From: Parachlamydiales bacterium
Lineage (GTDB): Bacteria; Chlamydiota; Chlamydiia; Chlamydiales; Rhabdochlamydiaceae
Direction: 5' to 3'
DNA length: 64,000 bases
NCBI GenBank assembly: GCA_963777025.1
Contig: CAVZOR010000006.1
Location: forward strand, 175,874 to 239,873
The position numbers and the translations under genes were made by a program. Below the pieces are notes generated by a model that was not told the origin of the DNA, made no database searches, and saw only the letters and a program-made list of their open reading frames with translations. Within the stretch, counting starts at the first letter, position 1. Every line of letters starts with the position of its first letter. Below are positions 42,462 to 52,913 of this stretch, piece by piece.

Positions 42462-44585
42462 ATGATTCAACTACTTGCTAATAAGCTGGCGGAATGCCCG
42501 GACATCAAAAAAAAGATAGAACTTCTTTCGTCATTTCCCCCGGTGCTCTCATTTTTAGAAAAAAATCCTTTGATGAAAGAGTTCATCATAGCGGCCTCTC
42601 CCGAAGAGGAGCTTATCCTAAAAGCTATTCTTGCAGCAGGTCAAGGAGATCGGTTACTCACCCCATTTTCAAAAAAGAAGGTTTTACCCTTCTTATATCA
42701 GCTAATCCCGGTTGAAAAATTTTACTCGCCGATAGGGGGTATTGTAGGTTATCAGGCTCGTACAAATGATATTTTACAACAGATAAAAAAAGAAAAACAA
42801 AGGCCCCTCTTTGTTTGTCACCCTTTCAAAGGAATCGATATAAGGGAAGAGAATCGAGAGATCCGTCGCGCCATTATTAACGGAATCAAAGCCCTTCCCT
42901 TCCTTGCTGAAATTTATCCTTTAGGTGGAGCCGCTGACCGGTTAAAACTTCATGATGAAAAAAGTGGCTTTCCCCTTCCCGCTGCTTGCCTTCCTTTCCT
43001 TGGGAAAACCCTCCTTCAAGGGCTCATAGAAGATCTGCAAGCTCGTGAATATCTTTACTACAAACTTTTTGGAGAACAGCTAACAACCCCTATTGCAATG
43101 ATGACATCAGAGGAAAAAGATAACCATACTCATATTGTTACCATGGGGGAAAAGTGCGGCTGGTTTGGCCGTCCTATTGATAGCTTCCGACTCTTTCTTC
43201 AGCCAAGGGTTCCCGTTATTAATCGAAAAGGAGAGTGGTGTCTACGAGGTCCGCTTGAAATTTTAATGAAGCCGGGTGGACATGGGGTTATGTGGCAACT
43301 TGCTCGTGAAGAGGGAATCTTTGATTGGTTTTTTCTTCAAGGAAGGGAAAAAGTTATTGTTCGTCAGGTAAATAATCCAGTTGCCAACACGGATTATGGA
43401 ATTATCGCCTTCACAGGAATTGGTTATGCTGAAAAAAAATGGTTTGGCTTTGCCTCATGTCCGCGCCAAGTCAAGGCTTCTGAAGGGGTGAATGTCCTGA
43501 TTGAGACCGCGACTGAACAAGGGTTTAACTATCAGTTGACCAGTGTTGAATACTGCGATTTCAAAAAATTTGGTATTCTTGATGAACCAGAAAATGGCAA
43601 AAGCTCTTACTCTAAGTTTCCTTCTAATACCAATATCTTATTCGCTGATTTAAAAGCCGTTCTAAAAGCATTAGATCGATGCGCCTTTCCAGGAACACTG
43701 GTCAATTTAAAGAATTTCACCTATCACCTTAAAAATGGGCAAAAAAAACAGGAAAAAGTAGCTCGGCTAGAGTCAACGATGCAAAACATTGCCGATTTTT
43801 TTGAAGAACATTCTGAAAAATGTCTTGAAACCCATGAACAAGCAGAATTAAAAACTTATCTCACTTACAATCATAGGCGGAAAACAATTTCTGCCACTAA
43901 AAGAGAATTTATTTGTGGCTCTTCTCTCTTAGAAACCCCTGAAGGGTGTTTCCTGGATCTTCTTGAAAATAATCGGGACCTTCTTGTTCTTTACTCTTGT
44001 TTTACTGTTCCAGCAGTTACGACACCCCTTGATTTTATTGAAAAAGGGCCTTCTTTTATCTTTCTTTACCACCCTTCTTTGGGACCCCTTTATTCAATAA
44101 TCGCTCAAAAAATTCGCATGGGAAAACTCCACTACCACAGTGAATTACAGCTACACCTCTCAGAGCTCTGTATAGAAAATCTCGATCTTCATGGGAGTTT
44201 ATTAATTTTTGCTGAATCAGTTATGGGACACCTTGATAAAGATCAGCACTTGATTTATTCCGAAAGATGTGGGCGAGCTATTTTAAAAAATGTGGTCGTT
44301 CGTAATTCTGGAATCGACTACGGGAAAAAAAATTTTTACTGGCGCAACGAAATTCATCGAAAAGAAATGTGCCAAATTCTTCTGCACGGAAATAGCGAAT
44401 TTTATGCCGAGAATATCACGCTTCAAGGGAACCTCTTTATAGAAGTCCCTGATGGACACCGGTGCCGCGCTGTAGAAATTAATCAAAAAATAGAGTTTAT
44501 TTTTGAGCCAATAGCAGCTCCCTCATGGTGGTGGAATTACGTCATCGATGAAGAAGACCGTATCGTCCTCTCGATTACTTCCTGA
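42462..44585 (+). CDS. UTP--glucose-1-phosphate uridylyltransferase (plant UGP3-like / UDP-sugar pyrophosphorylase family)
   Basis: EIYPLGGAADRL, LQAREYLYYKL, KPGGHGVMW, RLESTMQNIAD. Confidence 0.8.
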   Translation: MIQLLANKLAECPDIKKKIELLSSFPPVLSFLEKNPLMKEFIIAASPEEELILKAILAAGQGDRLLTPFSKKKVLPFLYQLIPVEKFYSPIGGIVGYQARTNDILQQIKKEKQRPLFVCHPFKGIDIREENREIRRAIINGIKALPFLAEIYPLGGAADRLKLHDEKSGFPLPAACLPFLGKTLLQGLIEDLQAREYLYYKLFGEQLTTPIAMMTSEEKDNHTHIVTMGEKCGWFGRPIDSFRLFLQPRVPVINRKGEWCLRGPLEILMKPGGHGVMWQLAREEGIFDWFFLQGREKVIVRQVNNPVANTDYGIIAFTGIGYAEKKWFGFASCPRQVKASEGVNVLIETATEQGFNYQLTSVEYCDFKKFGILDEPENGKSSYSKFPSNTNILFADLKAVLKALDRCAFPGTLVNLKNFTYHLKNGQKKQEKVARLESTMQNIADFFEEHSEKCLETHEQAELKTYLTYNHRRKTISATKREFICGSSLLETPEGCFLDLLENNRDLLVLYSCFTVPAVTTPLDFIEKGPSFIFLYHPSLGPLYSIIAQKIRMGKLHYHSELQLHLSELCIENLDLHGSLLIFAESVMGHLDKDQHLIYSERCGRAILKNVVVRNSGIDYGKKNFYWRNEIHRKEMCQILLHGNSEFYAENITLQGNLFIEVPDGHRCRAVEINQKIEFIFEPIAAPSWWWNYVIDEEDRIVLSITS

Positions 44586-44586
44586 T

Positions 44587-44676
44587 TATACCGAAGTGAG
44601 TTGAAAAATTGGACTTGGTCTGCCGTGAAAGCTCTTGCCCCGGCCCAAATCTCAATTTTTCAGTTCTATTCGGTAT
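44587..44676. mobile_element. Compact MITE between convergent genes
   Basis: TATACCGAAGTGAGTTGAAAAATTG...CAATTTTTCAGTTCTATTCGGTAT. Confidence 0.82.
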
Positions 44677-45109
44677 TAATCATATAGTTAATGACTTCTT
44701 GAGAAATCCCCGCTTTCTTAAGATCGACAAGGTCAGCCGTATTCAAATAGAAAACACTTTTAGTCGCTTCGATTTGACTGATAATGACCTGATCGCTTAA
44801 ACCGGCTTTAGCCATTTTTTTAATATCCTCAAGAGAAAGCTGTTCCCCCTTTTCAATTTTGTAAACCGTTTTAGGGCTTTCTTTATTTAATAACTCCCTG
44901 TCTGATTCATCAAGAGAAGCTCCTATGACAGCTCCAGTAATCGCACCAGCAGCTCCGCCAATTAGGACTCCCCCCACACTTCCCGTCACAAGCCCCCCAG
45001 CGACAGCACCCGTTCCCGCACCAGCTAAAGCACCCGTTCCCGCTTTGTTTGAACAACCAAGTAGAGAAATCAACACAAAAACCGCTGCGAGGGGAAAACC
45101 ATGATGCAT
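44666..45109 (-). CDS. Glycine-zipper lipoprotein
   Basis: Lipobox LLGC; GALAGAGTGAVAGG...GGAAGAITGAVIG. Confidence 0.8.
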   Translation of the reverse strand: MHHGFPLAAVFVLISLLGCSNKAGTGALAGAGTGAVAGGLVTGSVGGVLIGGAAGAITGAVIGASLDESDRELLNKESPKTVYKIEKGEQLSLEDIKKMAKAGLSDQVIISQIEATKSVFYLNTADLVDLKKAGISQEVINYMINTE

Positions 45110-45154
45110 ACAAGAATTCCTCTTTTATACCCCTTATACCGAGGGGGGTGGGTG

Positions 45155-45301
45155 TATACCGAAGTGAGTTGAAAACTTGGGTATAACCCTTTATATGAAA
45201 AAAAAGAATAACCAAAAAGAAAATCTTTTGATCTTTACAAGCAGTTGATCTCCCAGTCTTTGGCAAGGTCCAAAACCAAGTTTTCAGCTCACTTCGGTAT
45301 A
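45155..45301. mobile_element. MITE with a replaced AT-rich interior; extra stacked TATACC ends at 45126 and 45135
   Basis: TATACCGAAGTGAGTTGAAAACTTGG...CCAAGTTTTCAGCTCACTTCGGTATA. Confidence 0.8.
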
Positions 45302-45411
45302 TAAAAAACCTCTTTAAAATAAGAAAAAAAATAGCCAAACCTTTTACGTTTATTTTATTGATTAAAAATATCCCCCTTCAATACCATTCAGCTCGTAAAT
45401 TAGGAGGTTAC

Positions 45412-45624
45412 ATGAAACTATCACCACTACTGATAGCTCTCTCTATGATTGGAGGAACGTCATTTCTTACTGGGGAAGACAATAAGGCTTTTGTTTCAGG
45501 ACTATCTTCTCCTGCAGAGGAAGTCAATGAAACACCTCAACCTGATGAGAAGACCAATTCTCAAAATGTTGAAGAGAATAGTAATGATCAACAGTCTGAG
45601 GATACCGTTGCTGATCAACAATAA
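45412..45624 (+). CDS. Small acidic exported protein
   Basis: AGGAGG RBS, signal peptide MKLSPLLIALSMIGG, acidic tail. Confidence 0.65.
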   Translation: MKLSPLLIALSMIGGTSFLTGEDNKAFVSGLSSPAEEVNETPQPDEKTNSQNVEENSNDQQSEDTVADQQ

Positions 45625-45651
45625 AAACCTTATTAATTAACTAGCTCTAAG

Positions 45652-46707
45652 TTAAAAGAAGGCCCTCTCTTTAGAGAGGGCGCTTTCAATTTTTTTTACA
45701 ATCTCTTCTTCCTTTTTTTCTTCTCCAAAAACATTCTCGTAGAGAATTTTTTTAGATCTTTTCAGAAATGGGGTCTCTTTATGTGAGTAAATCGATTTAC
45801 CTAGATGGTGATCCCATGAAAGAACTGTGCCCACTTTATAAAGGGCCCCTTTGTAACGATTAATAAAATAAAGAGGTTTATCAAAAGAAAGAAAGTCGTA
45901 TCCAATTGATGAGAAATCACCAAGATACCCATCAACATAATTTAAAATGGGATAAATACATGGGAATTCATTCAAAAAAATGACTCCCTTTGTATCTTCA
46001 TACTTGTCCAATAGTTGTTCTATGCATCCTGGATAAATTTCGTTAAAAAAGGGGTGAAATCGGATTATTATATTGTAGAACGTTCCGACTTCTTCGATGA
46101 TGCGTTCACTTTTGGTAAGAAAAGAAAGAGAGCTTTCCTGATCCGACCACGAAGGGGCATAAAAAATCGCTTTCTTGTCCTGATCGACCTTTCTTCCAAC
46201 TTGTTGCATGAGAAGAAAGTCGTAAAAATTTTTATTTTTTAAATAATAAAAAAAACGATAATTACCCGTGAAAATATATTCATTAAGGCTTTCACCTGTC
46301 TGACGCAAATGATCAACCATATGATTACCGTAGACTAAAGAGATATCCTTAACCATACGGTGTAACGATCGTTTATCGGAATTACCATGAGGGCAATAGA
46401 CTATTCGCATCTTTTTGTGAAACAAAAGATCAAAAAGAGGCAACAACTCTGCTGCCCAATAATGTCCTGATTCGAAAATCACATCAAAATGGTACGCCAT
46501 GTAATGTAGGGTAAGGTCCTTTAAAGGAATCAGCTCTACCGACAAGGCGGGATAGTACTGTCTAGCGGCCTGGAATGTCTCCTCTTCCGTGACAAGCAAT
46601 TGAAGATTTAATAAAATAGAGAGAACCCCCAAATGATCTAAATAATGGGGACCCCCTGTATGAATCGCACACCAATTACTCTTCGGCATTGGAGCTGGAA
46701 AAAGCAT
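45652..46707 (-). CDS. CDP-glycerol glycerophosphotransferase (TagB/TagF)-family protein
   Basis: CPHG, IFYAPSW, RFHP, GDFSSIGYDFL. Confidence 0.75.
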   Translation of the reverse strand: MLFPAPMPKSNWCAIHTGGPHYLDHLGVLSILLNLQLLVTEEETFQAARQYYPALSVELIPLKDLTLHYMAYHFDVIFESGHYWAAELLPLFDLLFHKKMRIVYCPHGNSDKRSLHRMVKDISLVYGNHMVDHLRQTGESLNEYIFTGNYRFFYYLKNKNFYDFLLMQQVGRKVDQDKKAIFYAPSWSDQESSLSFLTKSERIIEEVGTFYNIIIRFHPFFNEIYPGCIEQLLDKYEDTKGVIFLNEFPCIYPILNYVDGYLGDFSSIGYDFLSFDKPLYFINRYKGALYKVGTVLSWDHHLGKSIYSHKETPFLKRSKKILYENVFGEEKKEEEIVKKIESALSKERAFF

Positions 46708-47911
46708 AACGAAAAAGGGCTTGAGGAAGATTTTGGTCCTCTACCTTTATGAAGGAATCCTCTATTTTAGTCAAATCAACGGAGCAATCTTCATTACCCT
46801 TAAGCGGAATATACTTTCCGGTCCGATAGTCGATAAGATTTGTTATATCAAACCCATCCAAAAGCCTTGAATGAAAAGCTCTTGGATGCGTATCGCCTCG
46901 AGAGGGCTTAAATTTGACTAATTTTACTTTACCCTCCTCACTTAAGTGTTTAATTTGTTCACTATTGCATAAACCCGCTTCACCTGAAAAATAGTAATCC
47001 CCATCGTGTAATCCTGTTACAACAAAAGGGGCTTTTTCTCCGGAAATGTTCTTAGAAACCTCAACCAAAGTCTTCTCAGGATTGGTATCCCATCCAGAGG
47101 CTTTGCAGATAGAATGAAGAAAACCTCCTCCCCAATACCCATCTTTTACTTTTTCAAAAGAAGAGGGCGATGCATGTAGACACCAGACGCCTATAATTTT
47201 AGGGTTAATGTCCATCACCTTAGCCGCAATAGCCCCTCCCAAAGAAAAGGCCACACCTAAATGAAATTCTTCAAACTGCTCTTTAAGCTTTTCAAGAAAT
47301 TTCAGGTGCGTTTTTCCCGTTTCATTCAGGGGTTCTAAATACGGCTCTTCTCCTTTTCGAATATTACGAGCACTTAAAACAATTACCCTAGCCAAATATC
47401 TCTTGTTACTAGCAAGAGATCTTGCAATCGCTATTGATGAAGGATCTAATTCTATTTTCCCACAGTTACCTGGGAAAAAAATGATATTATAAATTTTAGA
47501 ATCAACTCCTTTCCATTTTGGCTCCATTACTAAACAGTCGGCCGTTAAGGACTCCCCCACTTCTTTTTCAATCGTAACTTTTTGATGAATAATAGAAAAA
47601 TCTCGCTTCAGCCCCTGTAATGCCAGCAACTGAAATCGGGTCTCTTCCTCCTCCACTGCAGACGGAATTCGAGGATAGATGAGCCTCTCTCCAATGACCC
47701 TTCCCATCGCATCCACAACAACCTTTGGAATACAGTGCAAGAAAGCCCCGAATAGATCTCTTTCTATCAAATTAAAAAAAACCGCACTCACTCTGCCAAG
47801 AGATCTTATGACGACGGTCCGTACTCGTACAAAAAAGGTCCCCTCATCTCTTTTTTCTTCTCTAACAAAAAGTGGGGGATTGAGACCCCTAACTACCGGG
47901 CTTATTGCCAT
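46676..47911 (-). CDS. Alpha/beta-hydrolase-fold protein, possible effector
   Basis: FFPGN and AFSLGGAIA (nucleophile elbow-like). Confidence 0.55.
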   Translation of the reverse strand: MAISPVVRGLNPPLFVREEKRDEGTFFVRVRTVVIRSLGRVSAVFFNLIERDLFGAFLHCIPKVVVDAMGRVIGERLIYPRIPSAVEEEETRFQLLALQGLKRDFSIIHQKVTIEKEVGESLTADCLVMEPKWKGVDSKIYNIIFFPGNCGKIELDPSSIAIARSLASNKRYLARVIVLSARNIRKGEEPYLEPLNETGKTHLKFLEKLKEQFEEFHLGVAFSLGGAIAAKVMDINPKIIGVWCLHASPSSFEKVKDGYWGGGFLHSICKASGWDTNPEKTLVEVSKNISGEKAPFVVTGLHDGDYYFSGEAGLCNSEQIKHLSEEGKVKLVKFKPSRGDTHPRAFHSRLLDGFDITNLIDYRTGKYIPLKGNEDCSVDLTKIEDSFIKVEDQNLPQALFRYAFSSSNAEE

Positions 47912-47937
47912 TTTTTACCTTCCTTATTTATTATTTT

Positions 47938-49242
47938 TTAATTATATGTACTTCTATTAATAACTAGCTTTGAATTGATAGGCGTATATTCCCTATCGGG
48001 ATGATGAAAAAAAATAACGGTAATAACCGCCGTCAGAGAAAGGATGGCAAGGAGTAAGAATGTTGCCTGATAATTGCCGGTAAAGTCGATTAACCATCCT
48101 GTTAAAGCTGGGGCAATAATCCCTGCAAGAGAAAAGCAACTTGATGATATTCCCTGAGAAAAACCGGCACGATTTTTTGCCACATCGATGTTAGTACTAA
48201 AAAACGCCGGCTGCGACATCAGACCAAACCCAAGCCCTAGACTAAGAAAAAACATCGACAATCCAAAAGAGCGGGTAAAACTGAGCAATATAAAAAAAAG
48301 GGCCGCTAAAAGTTGACTTGTCCAGATGATATGGGAGCGAGCTAACCGACTATTTCCTGTTCTTTTATAAATAAGATCGGAAAGAATCCCCCCCGCTTTT
48401 AAAAAAATAGCCCCAATAAGCCAAGGGATTGTCAGATACCATCCAACACTTTTCAAGTCGAGCCCATGTTGAGACAAAAAATACCCAGGAAGCCATAAAG
48501 TGGCAAAAAATAACATATATCCAAAAGCAAAATAGGCAATGTTATTAGCAATCAACGTCGGATGAGTCAGAATAACCCGCCAATCGATCACCCCTTCCCC
48601 ACTTCCATTCTTCATTTTTTCTCTCTGCAAAAGCTTTCGTTCTTCTTCACCAACAAAACAAGACTCTTCCGGCTGATCTCGAAACGAGCAATACCAAAGT
48701 ACAGCCCAAATAATTCCTAAACTACTCATCATGAGAAACATGACTCTCCACCCAAAATCAATAACTAAGTACGAAATGAGAGGTGCTCCTATAACAGAAG
48801 AGAGGGGAATCGCAATAAGCCCAAGTGATAGCGCACGGGCTCGTTCAGAAGGAAGGAGCCAGTTGCTAATTGTCCGAGACATGGCTGGAAAGTGAGGGCC
48901 TTCGGTAATGCCAAGCAAAAGTCGCAATCCAATAAAGGCCCAAAACCCAGCTGCAAAACTCATAAACGCCACACACAACGACCATGTAATCGCTGCTAGT
49001 GACCAGACCAAACGAGTTCCCCAACGATCGACCAGCCATCCACCGAGAATCGTCAACAGAACATACCCAACTCCAAAAGCAGAGAGAATCATCCCAAATT
49101 GCGTGTCGGTAAAGTGAAATTCCTGCTTTAAAGGGTAAATAACAAAAGAAATTGCTGAGCGATCAATAAAATTGATTAATGTAATAAAAAAAACCAATAT
49201 ACCGACCACCCAACGATAACATGTGGGGCGCCCATTACTCAT
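47938..49242 (-). CDS. MFS transporter (anion:cation symporter family)
   Basis: INFIDRSAIS, GWLVDRWG, RLLLGITEG; about 12 hydrophobic segments. Confidence 0.9.
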   Translation of the reverse strand: MSNGRPTCYRWVVGILVFFITLINFIDRSAISFVIYPLKQEFHFTDTQFGMILSAFGVGYVLLTILGGWLVDRWGTRLVWSLAAITWSLCVAFMSFAAGFWAFIGLRLLLGITEGPHFPAMSRTISNWLLPSERARALSLGLIAIPLSSVIGAPLISYLVIDFGWRVMFLMMSSLGIIWAVLWYCSFRDQPEESCFVGEEERKLLQREKMKNGSGEGVIDWRVILTHPTLIANNIAYFAFGYMLFFATLWLPGYFLSQHGLDLKSVGWYLTIPWLIGAIFLKAGGILSDLIYKRTGNSRLARSHIIWTSQLLAALFFILLSFTRSFGLSMFFLSLGLGFGLMSQPAFFSTNIDVAKNRAGFSQGISSSCFSLAGIIAPALTGWLIDFTGNYQATFLLLAILSLTAVITVIFFHHPDREYTPINSKLVINRSTYN

Positions 49243-49254
49243 AAATTTTTTTCT

Positions 49255-50340
49255 TTAAAAATCAAACCGGGCTTGAAATGATACCCCGCTAACCGCAACA
49301 TCTCCTTGATTGGAATTATATTTAACAGGAAAATTGCTGAAAAAGTTCATATCTTTATTAAAGCCTATGAGGAGGTGCTGCTCCCATGCCAGCTGAAGAC
49401 GAATCCGATAAAGATCATCGCTAAGGAGACGATCCCATCTTAACCCAGCGCTCAAGTCAGTCATGGCCCGTACCATCGTCCATTTATTATGAACATTCAG
49501 AAAAAGCCCCCCTTGAGCAGACTGAAGCTGATGTAATTGCTGTCTTCCATAAAGAAGAGAGGCTGCCGCATCTCCAAAAAAACTCCAACCACAGCCAAGC
49601 CCCCACTGAGTATTTAACCCCCCACGCAAACCACCACTACGGAAACGATTTTGTAACTCTACACTTATTGTCGACAAAGGCAGACTAACAAGCTGTTGAT
49701 ATTTCATTCTAAATGTCCTTGTAAACCACCCCCCACGCGCTCCTATAAAAGGACGAAGGGTAACCCATTTACTAACAAAAAACTCGCGGCCAAACTCAAA
49801 ATCGAGGAAATCAAGGTGAAAGCGAGAAGAACCTTTTGCCAAACCGACTTGCGGTATCGCATTTGTAAACGCTGTATAGGTCTGGTAGATTGACTGAGAA
49901 AAAGGCTCCTTATCCGACGCTTTCTCCCCAGAGCGAAACCATGTCCAATTAAGAAGAAGATCCCAACCATCATGAGGAAGATTATATCCCACTCCGAGGC
50001 GAAAACCCCAATCCCAATCATAACTGATATTCTTGACCACGCCCCCAAGGCCATTAGGAGAACCAATAAGGTTACTATTCCCGTCAATAGCATAGCTAAG
50101 ACCATCCTCCGTGGCTTTCATAAGAAGAGCTTCGGCTTGAATCCAAAAATCAACGCCACTCTTTACAACAGGGCGAGCCGGAGGGTTAATCATTCCATTA
50201 GCACCCCGTCGTTGCTCAAGCGCGCTCACTCTATTTTCTAAATTTCTAACTTGCATATCCTCAACAGCAAAGAGACCCTCCGTAACGACAACGAACGATA
50301 AGGCAAGCGCAGACCAAACTTTTTTCAAACTTTTTTCCAT
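49255..50340 (-). CDS. MOMP-like / Lpg1974-type outer-membrane beta-barrel protein
   Basis: Signal peptide, WDWGFRLGVGY..HDGWD, terminal ARFDF; start set at MEKSLKK. Confidence 0.8.
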   Translation of the reverse strand: MEKSLKKVWSALALSFVVVTEGLFAVEDMQVRNLENRVSALEQRRGANGMINPPARPVVKSGVDFWIQAEALLMKATEDGLSYAIDGNSNLIGSPNGLGGVVKNISYDWDWGFRLGVGYNLPHDGWDLLLNWTWFRSGEKASDKEPFSQSIYQTYTAFTNAIPQVGLAKGSSRFHLDFLDFEFGREFFVSKWVTLRPFIGARGGWFTRTFRMKYQQLVSLPLSTISVELQNRFRSGGLRGGLNTQWGLGCGWSFFGDAAASLLYGRQQLHQLQSAQGGLFLNVHNKWTMVRAMTDLSAGLRWDRLLSDDLYRIRLQLAWEQHLLIGFNKDMNFFSNFPVKYNSNQGDVAVSGVSFQARFDF

Positions 50341-50463
50341 GATTAAATCCCTGTGATTTGAGTTAACCCCTCGCGACGGCGTTGAAGACAACAATTACCG
50401 GCGGAGCAGTTGCCAGCTTAGTAGGGATATAAATTTTAAGTCAACTCAAAAAAATTAAACTTC

Positions 50464-50820
50464 TTAAATGAATTGAGTGTATTGATCCCGATTCATCAGA
50501 AAATTAAGCTCTTCGAGATTTGAAAGACGAATTTTAAACAACCATCCGGCCATTTCAGGATCATTATTTAAAAAATCAAGAGAGTCGTGAAGGGCTGTAT
50601 TGACCAAAATGATCTCCCCTGTAACGGGAGCATAAAGATCAGCGGCCGCTTTCGTTGACTCCAAAACCACAACTTCTTCCCCAATTTTTATTCTTTTCCC
50701 CTGAGGCGGGAACTCAAGATATACGATGTCACCTAGTTCTCGTTTCCCATGGACTGTAATGCCAACTGTTCCTATATCTTCATCAACTTTAATCCATTCG
50801 TGCGAGTCTGTGAAATACAT
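50464..50820 (-). CDS. gcvH: Glycine cleavage system H protein
   Basis: HEWI, GIT..LGDIVY, lipoyl site ESTKAA, N.DP..GWL. Confidence 0.93.
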   Translation of the reverse strand: MYFTDSHEWIKVDEDIGTVGITVHGKRELGDIVYLEFPPQGKRIKIGEEVVVLESTKAAADLYAPVTGEIILVNTALHDSLDFLNNDPEMAGWLFKIRLSNLEELNFLMNRDQYTQFI

Positions 50821-50830
50821 CTAAAAGCCT

Positions 50831-52912
50831 TTATTTTTTCATTCTATCTAACAACTGATGCATGAGAAGCCTTTTAGCATCAGCACTGAGTAAATGTTGT
50901 TCATAAAAAATTTTATCTTCGACCGACTCTTTAGGGGGTTCCTTTTTTATGAGCTGAAAAAAAGCGACATCTCCATCAGAAAGCATAGAAACCAAAGACC
51001 ACTCCCCTTCAATTGTTGAAAATATTTCTGATTTGGAAAGGGTCGTAACCTCACTCCTTTTGATCTCCTTGACCTGTTTAACCAATTTCCACTGATCAGC
51101 TAGGGGGTCTCCAGTTTTTTGAAGAAAAAAAGAATTTTGACCATGAATTTGAATATCTTGTTTTGCCTTTTCCATCAATGAGACAAAAGAGGCCCTCCAT
51201 TCTTCTCCTTCCACCTCCTTATCTTCTAATTTTTGATCGGAAAGCTCTACTAGCACCCCTTCCTTTAGCGCCTCTTCAAAAGTGAGAATTTCCTTTCTCT
51301 CCGGTTTATTTAAAACGATAATTTGATAAAAAATTTGATGATCCTGGGTAAAAAAAGAGAACGGGGCGCCAATCACCGCTTGCTCTAAGGAAGAATTAAA
51401 CATCGACCGATCTTGAACCGTTTTAAAAAGAGGATCCCGGACTCTATCAGCTGAATAGAGTGTGACTGTTTCTTTTTGGAAAGGGACCGTCGAAAGCGCC
51501 TCATCAATCCACTCCGGATGCAATTTAACAAGATCCGACTGAGCTTCACGATCAATTTTTAAACGAAGAGAAGGATGGACTGCTTCAAGAATTGCGAAAC
51601 GTGACTCCCGGTCAAGCGGGTGCGTTTCGTTTAGAAGAGGATAGCGAGCGATCAATTCCCTCCACCCCTCGTCACTGATCTGATAATCCCAGATCTCCTT
51701 CAATGTTAGGCGGTTCGCCATCTCTTCTTGAGTAACTCGACGAAGCTCAAGGTCATATCGCTTAACCACAAGTTCTGGGGCTTTTTTCTCGACCTCTTCC
51801 GGAGAAAGAAACCGTATCGGCAATTCATCCCCCGCTCTTCCTAATCCTGTGAAAGGAGTTACACGATCTAAGTAATGCTGCAGCTTGATAAATAAATCAA
51901 AATTTTTCATTTTCAATGCTGCGGGAAGTTGATACAACTCAAGCGTCGCTGTTTCATTCGCAAAGGAACTGAATTTTTCATAACTTAATGGGTCAATTAA
52001 AATCGATTGCCCCACATCATTAAAAAATCGATAGGCTAGCATTACTTTTTTCCAAATTTTTATCGCTTCAATCTCTTCTACTCCAACCCTTTGAATCTGA
52101 TCGTGCAAAAATTGATTCGCTTCTGCAAAGGTTATCTCTTTATTTGAAAAATTCTCTAAGGGATTTGATCGAAGCGCGTTCAAAAAAATCTCCAAAAGGC
52201 TTCTCCTTGCTTCTTCCAATGAGACTTTATACCCTTTCTCTTCAGCGATGATAGCAGCATTGACAAAAAACTCTCCAAGCAGCTCCGTAAAACAGGTTCC
52301 AAACCACTCCTCAAAAGAGAGGTGCCCAAAAAGTGCGAGATTTTGCGGATTTTGTAAACTGATATCGGGCGAACTCGATCCATTTTTTTGTTGCTTGTAT
52401 AGCAAAATTTTTCTTAACAATTCGGGAGGAAAGGCAACCTGATCAAGATAAAGGTCGCAGTAAATTGAAAAAGTTTTAGCAGAAGGATCTCCTTCTTGGA
52501 CCTCTTTTAAATGTTTAGGTAGCTGAGGAATGAATTGATTCCAAACTTGAAGCGCCTTTAAAAGGGGGTATCGGGGATTAACATAAGGGTTTGACCGCTT
52601 TACTTTATCAAGCTTAACTTGAAACTCATCTTTGATCTTGTCAAAATAACGATCCGCCAGAATAGAAATCATCCCCGTAGAGGCAAGATCTTCCCTAATC
52701 CATTCGTGAGATCCAAGTGATAAAAAGGTTATCATTGCCCGGAGTTGTCGTTGCATAATGGGAGAGCCATCTAATGCTTGAGCAACTTGCTTGTCAATAA
52801 CCCCTTGAGAAGGAAGAGGATTAAAGACACCAAAAAAAGTAAACGAAGCAAGGGTCGCCACCGAAACGACTAAAACTAATTTTTTTTGGTGCCTTCTCAA
52901 AAAATTCATCAT
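50831..52912 (-). CDS. Conserved chlamydial hypothetical protein (CT283-like) with N-terminal anchor
   Basis: Start MMNFLRRHQKK plus a TM segment; synteny with gcvH. Confidence 0.7.
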   Translation of the reverse strand: MMNFLRRHQKKLVLVVSVATLASFTFFGVFNPLPSQGVIDKQVAQALDGSPIMQRQLRAMITFLSLGSHEWIREDLASTGMISILADRYFDKIKDEFQVKLDKVKRSNPYVNPRYPLLKALQVWNQFIPQLPKHLKEVQEGDPSAKTFSIYCDLYLDQVAFPPELLRKILLYKQQKNGSSSPDISLQNPQNLALFGHLSFEEWFGTCFTELLGEFFVNAAIIAEEKGYKVSLEEARRSLLEIFLNALRSNPLENFSNKEITFAEANQFLHDQIQRVGVEEIEAIKIWKKVMLAYRFFNDVGQSILIDPLSYEKFSSFANETATLELYQLPAALKMKNFDLFIKLQHYLDRVTPFTGLGRAGDELPIRFLSPEEVEKKAPELVVKRYDLELRRVTQEEMANRLTLKEIWDYQISDEGWRELIARYPLLNETHPLDRESRFAILEAVHPSLRLKIDREAQSDLVKLHPEWIDEALSTVPFQKETVTLYSADRVRDPLFKTVQDRSMFNSSLEQAVIGAPFSFFTQDHQIFYQIIVLNKPERKEILTFEEALKEGVLVELSDQKLEDKEVEGEEWRASFVSLMEKAKQDIQIHGQNSFFLQKTGDPLADQWKLVKQVKEIKRSEVTTLSKSEIFSTIEGEWSLVSMLSDGDVAFFQLIKKEPPKESVEDKIFYEQHLLSADAKRLLMHQLLDRMKK

Positions 52913-52913
52913 A

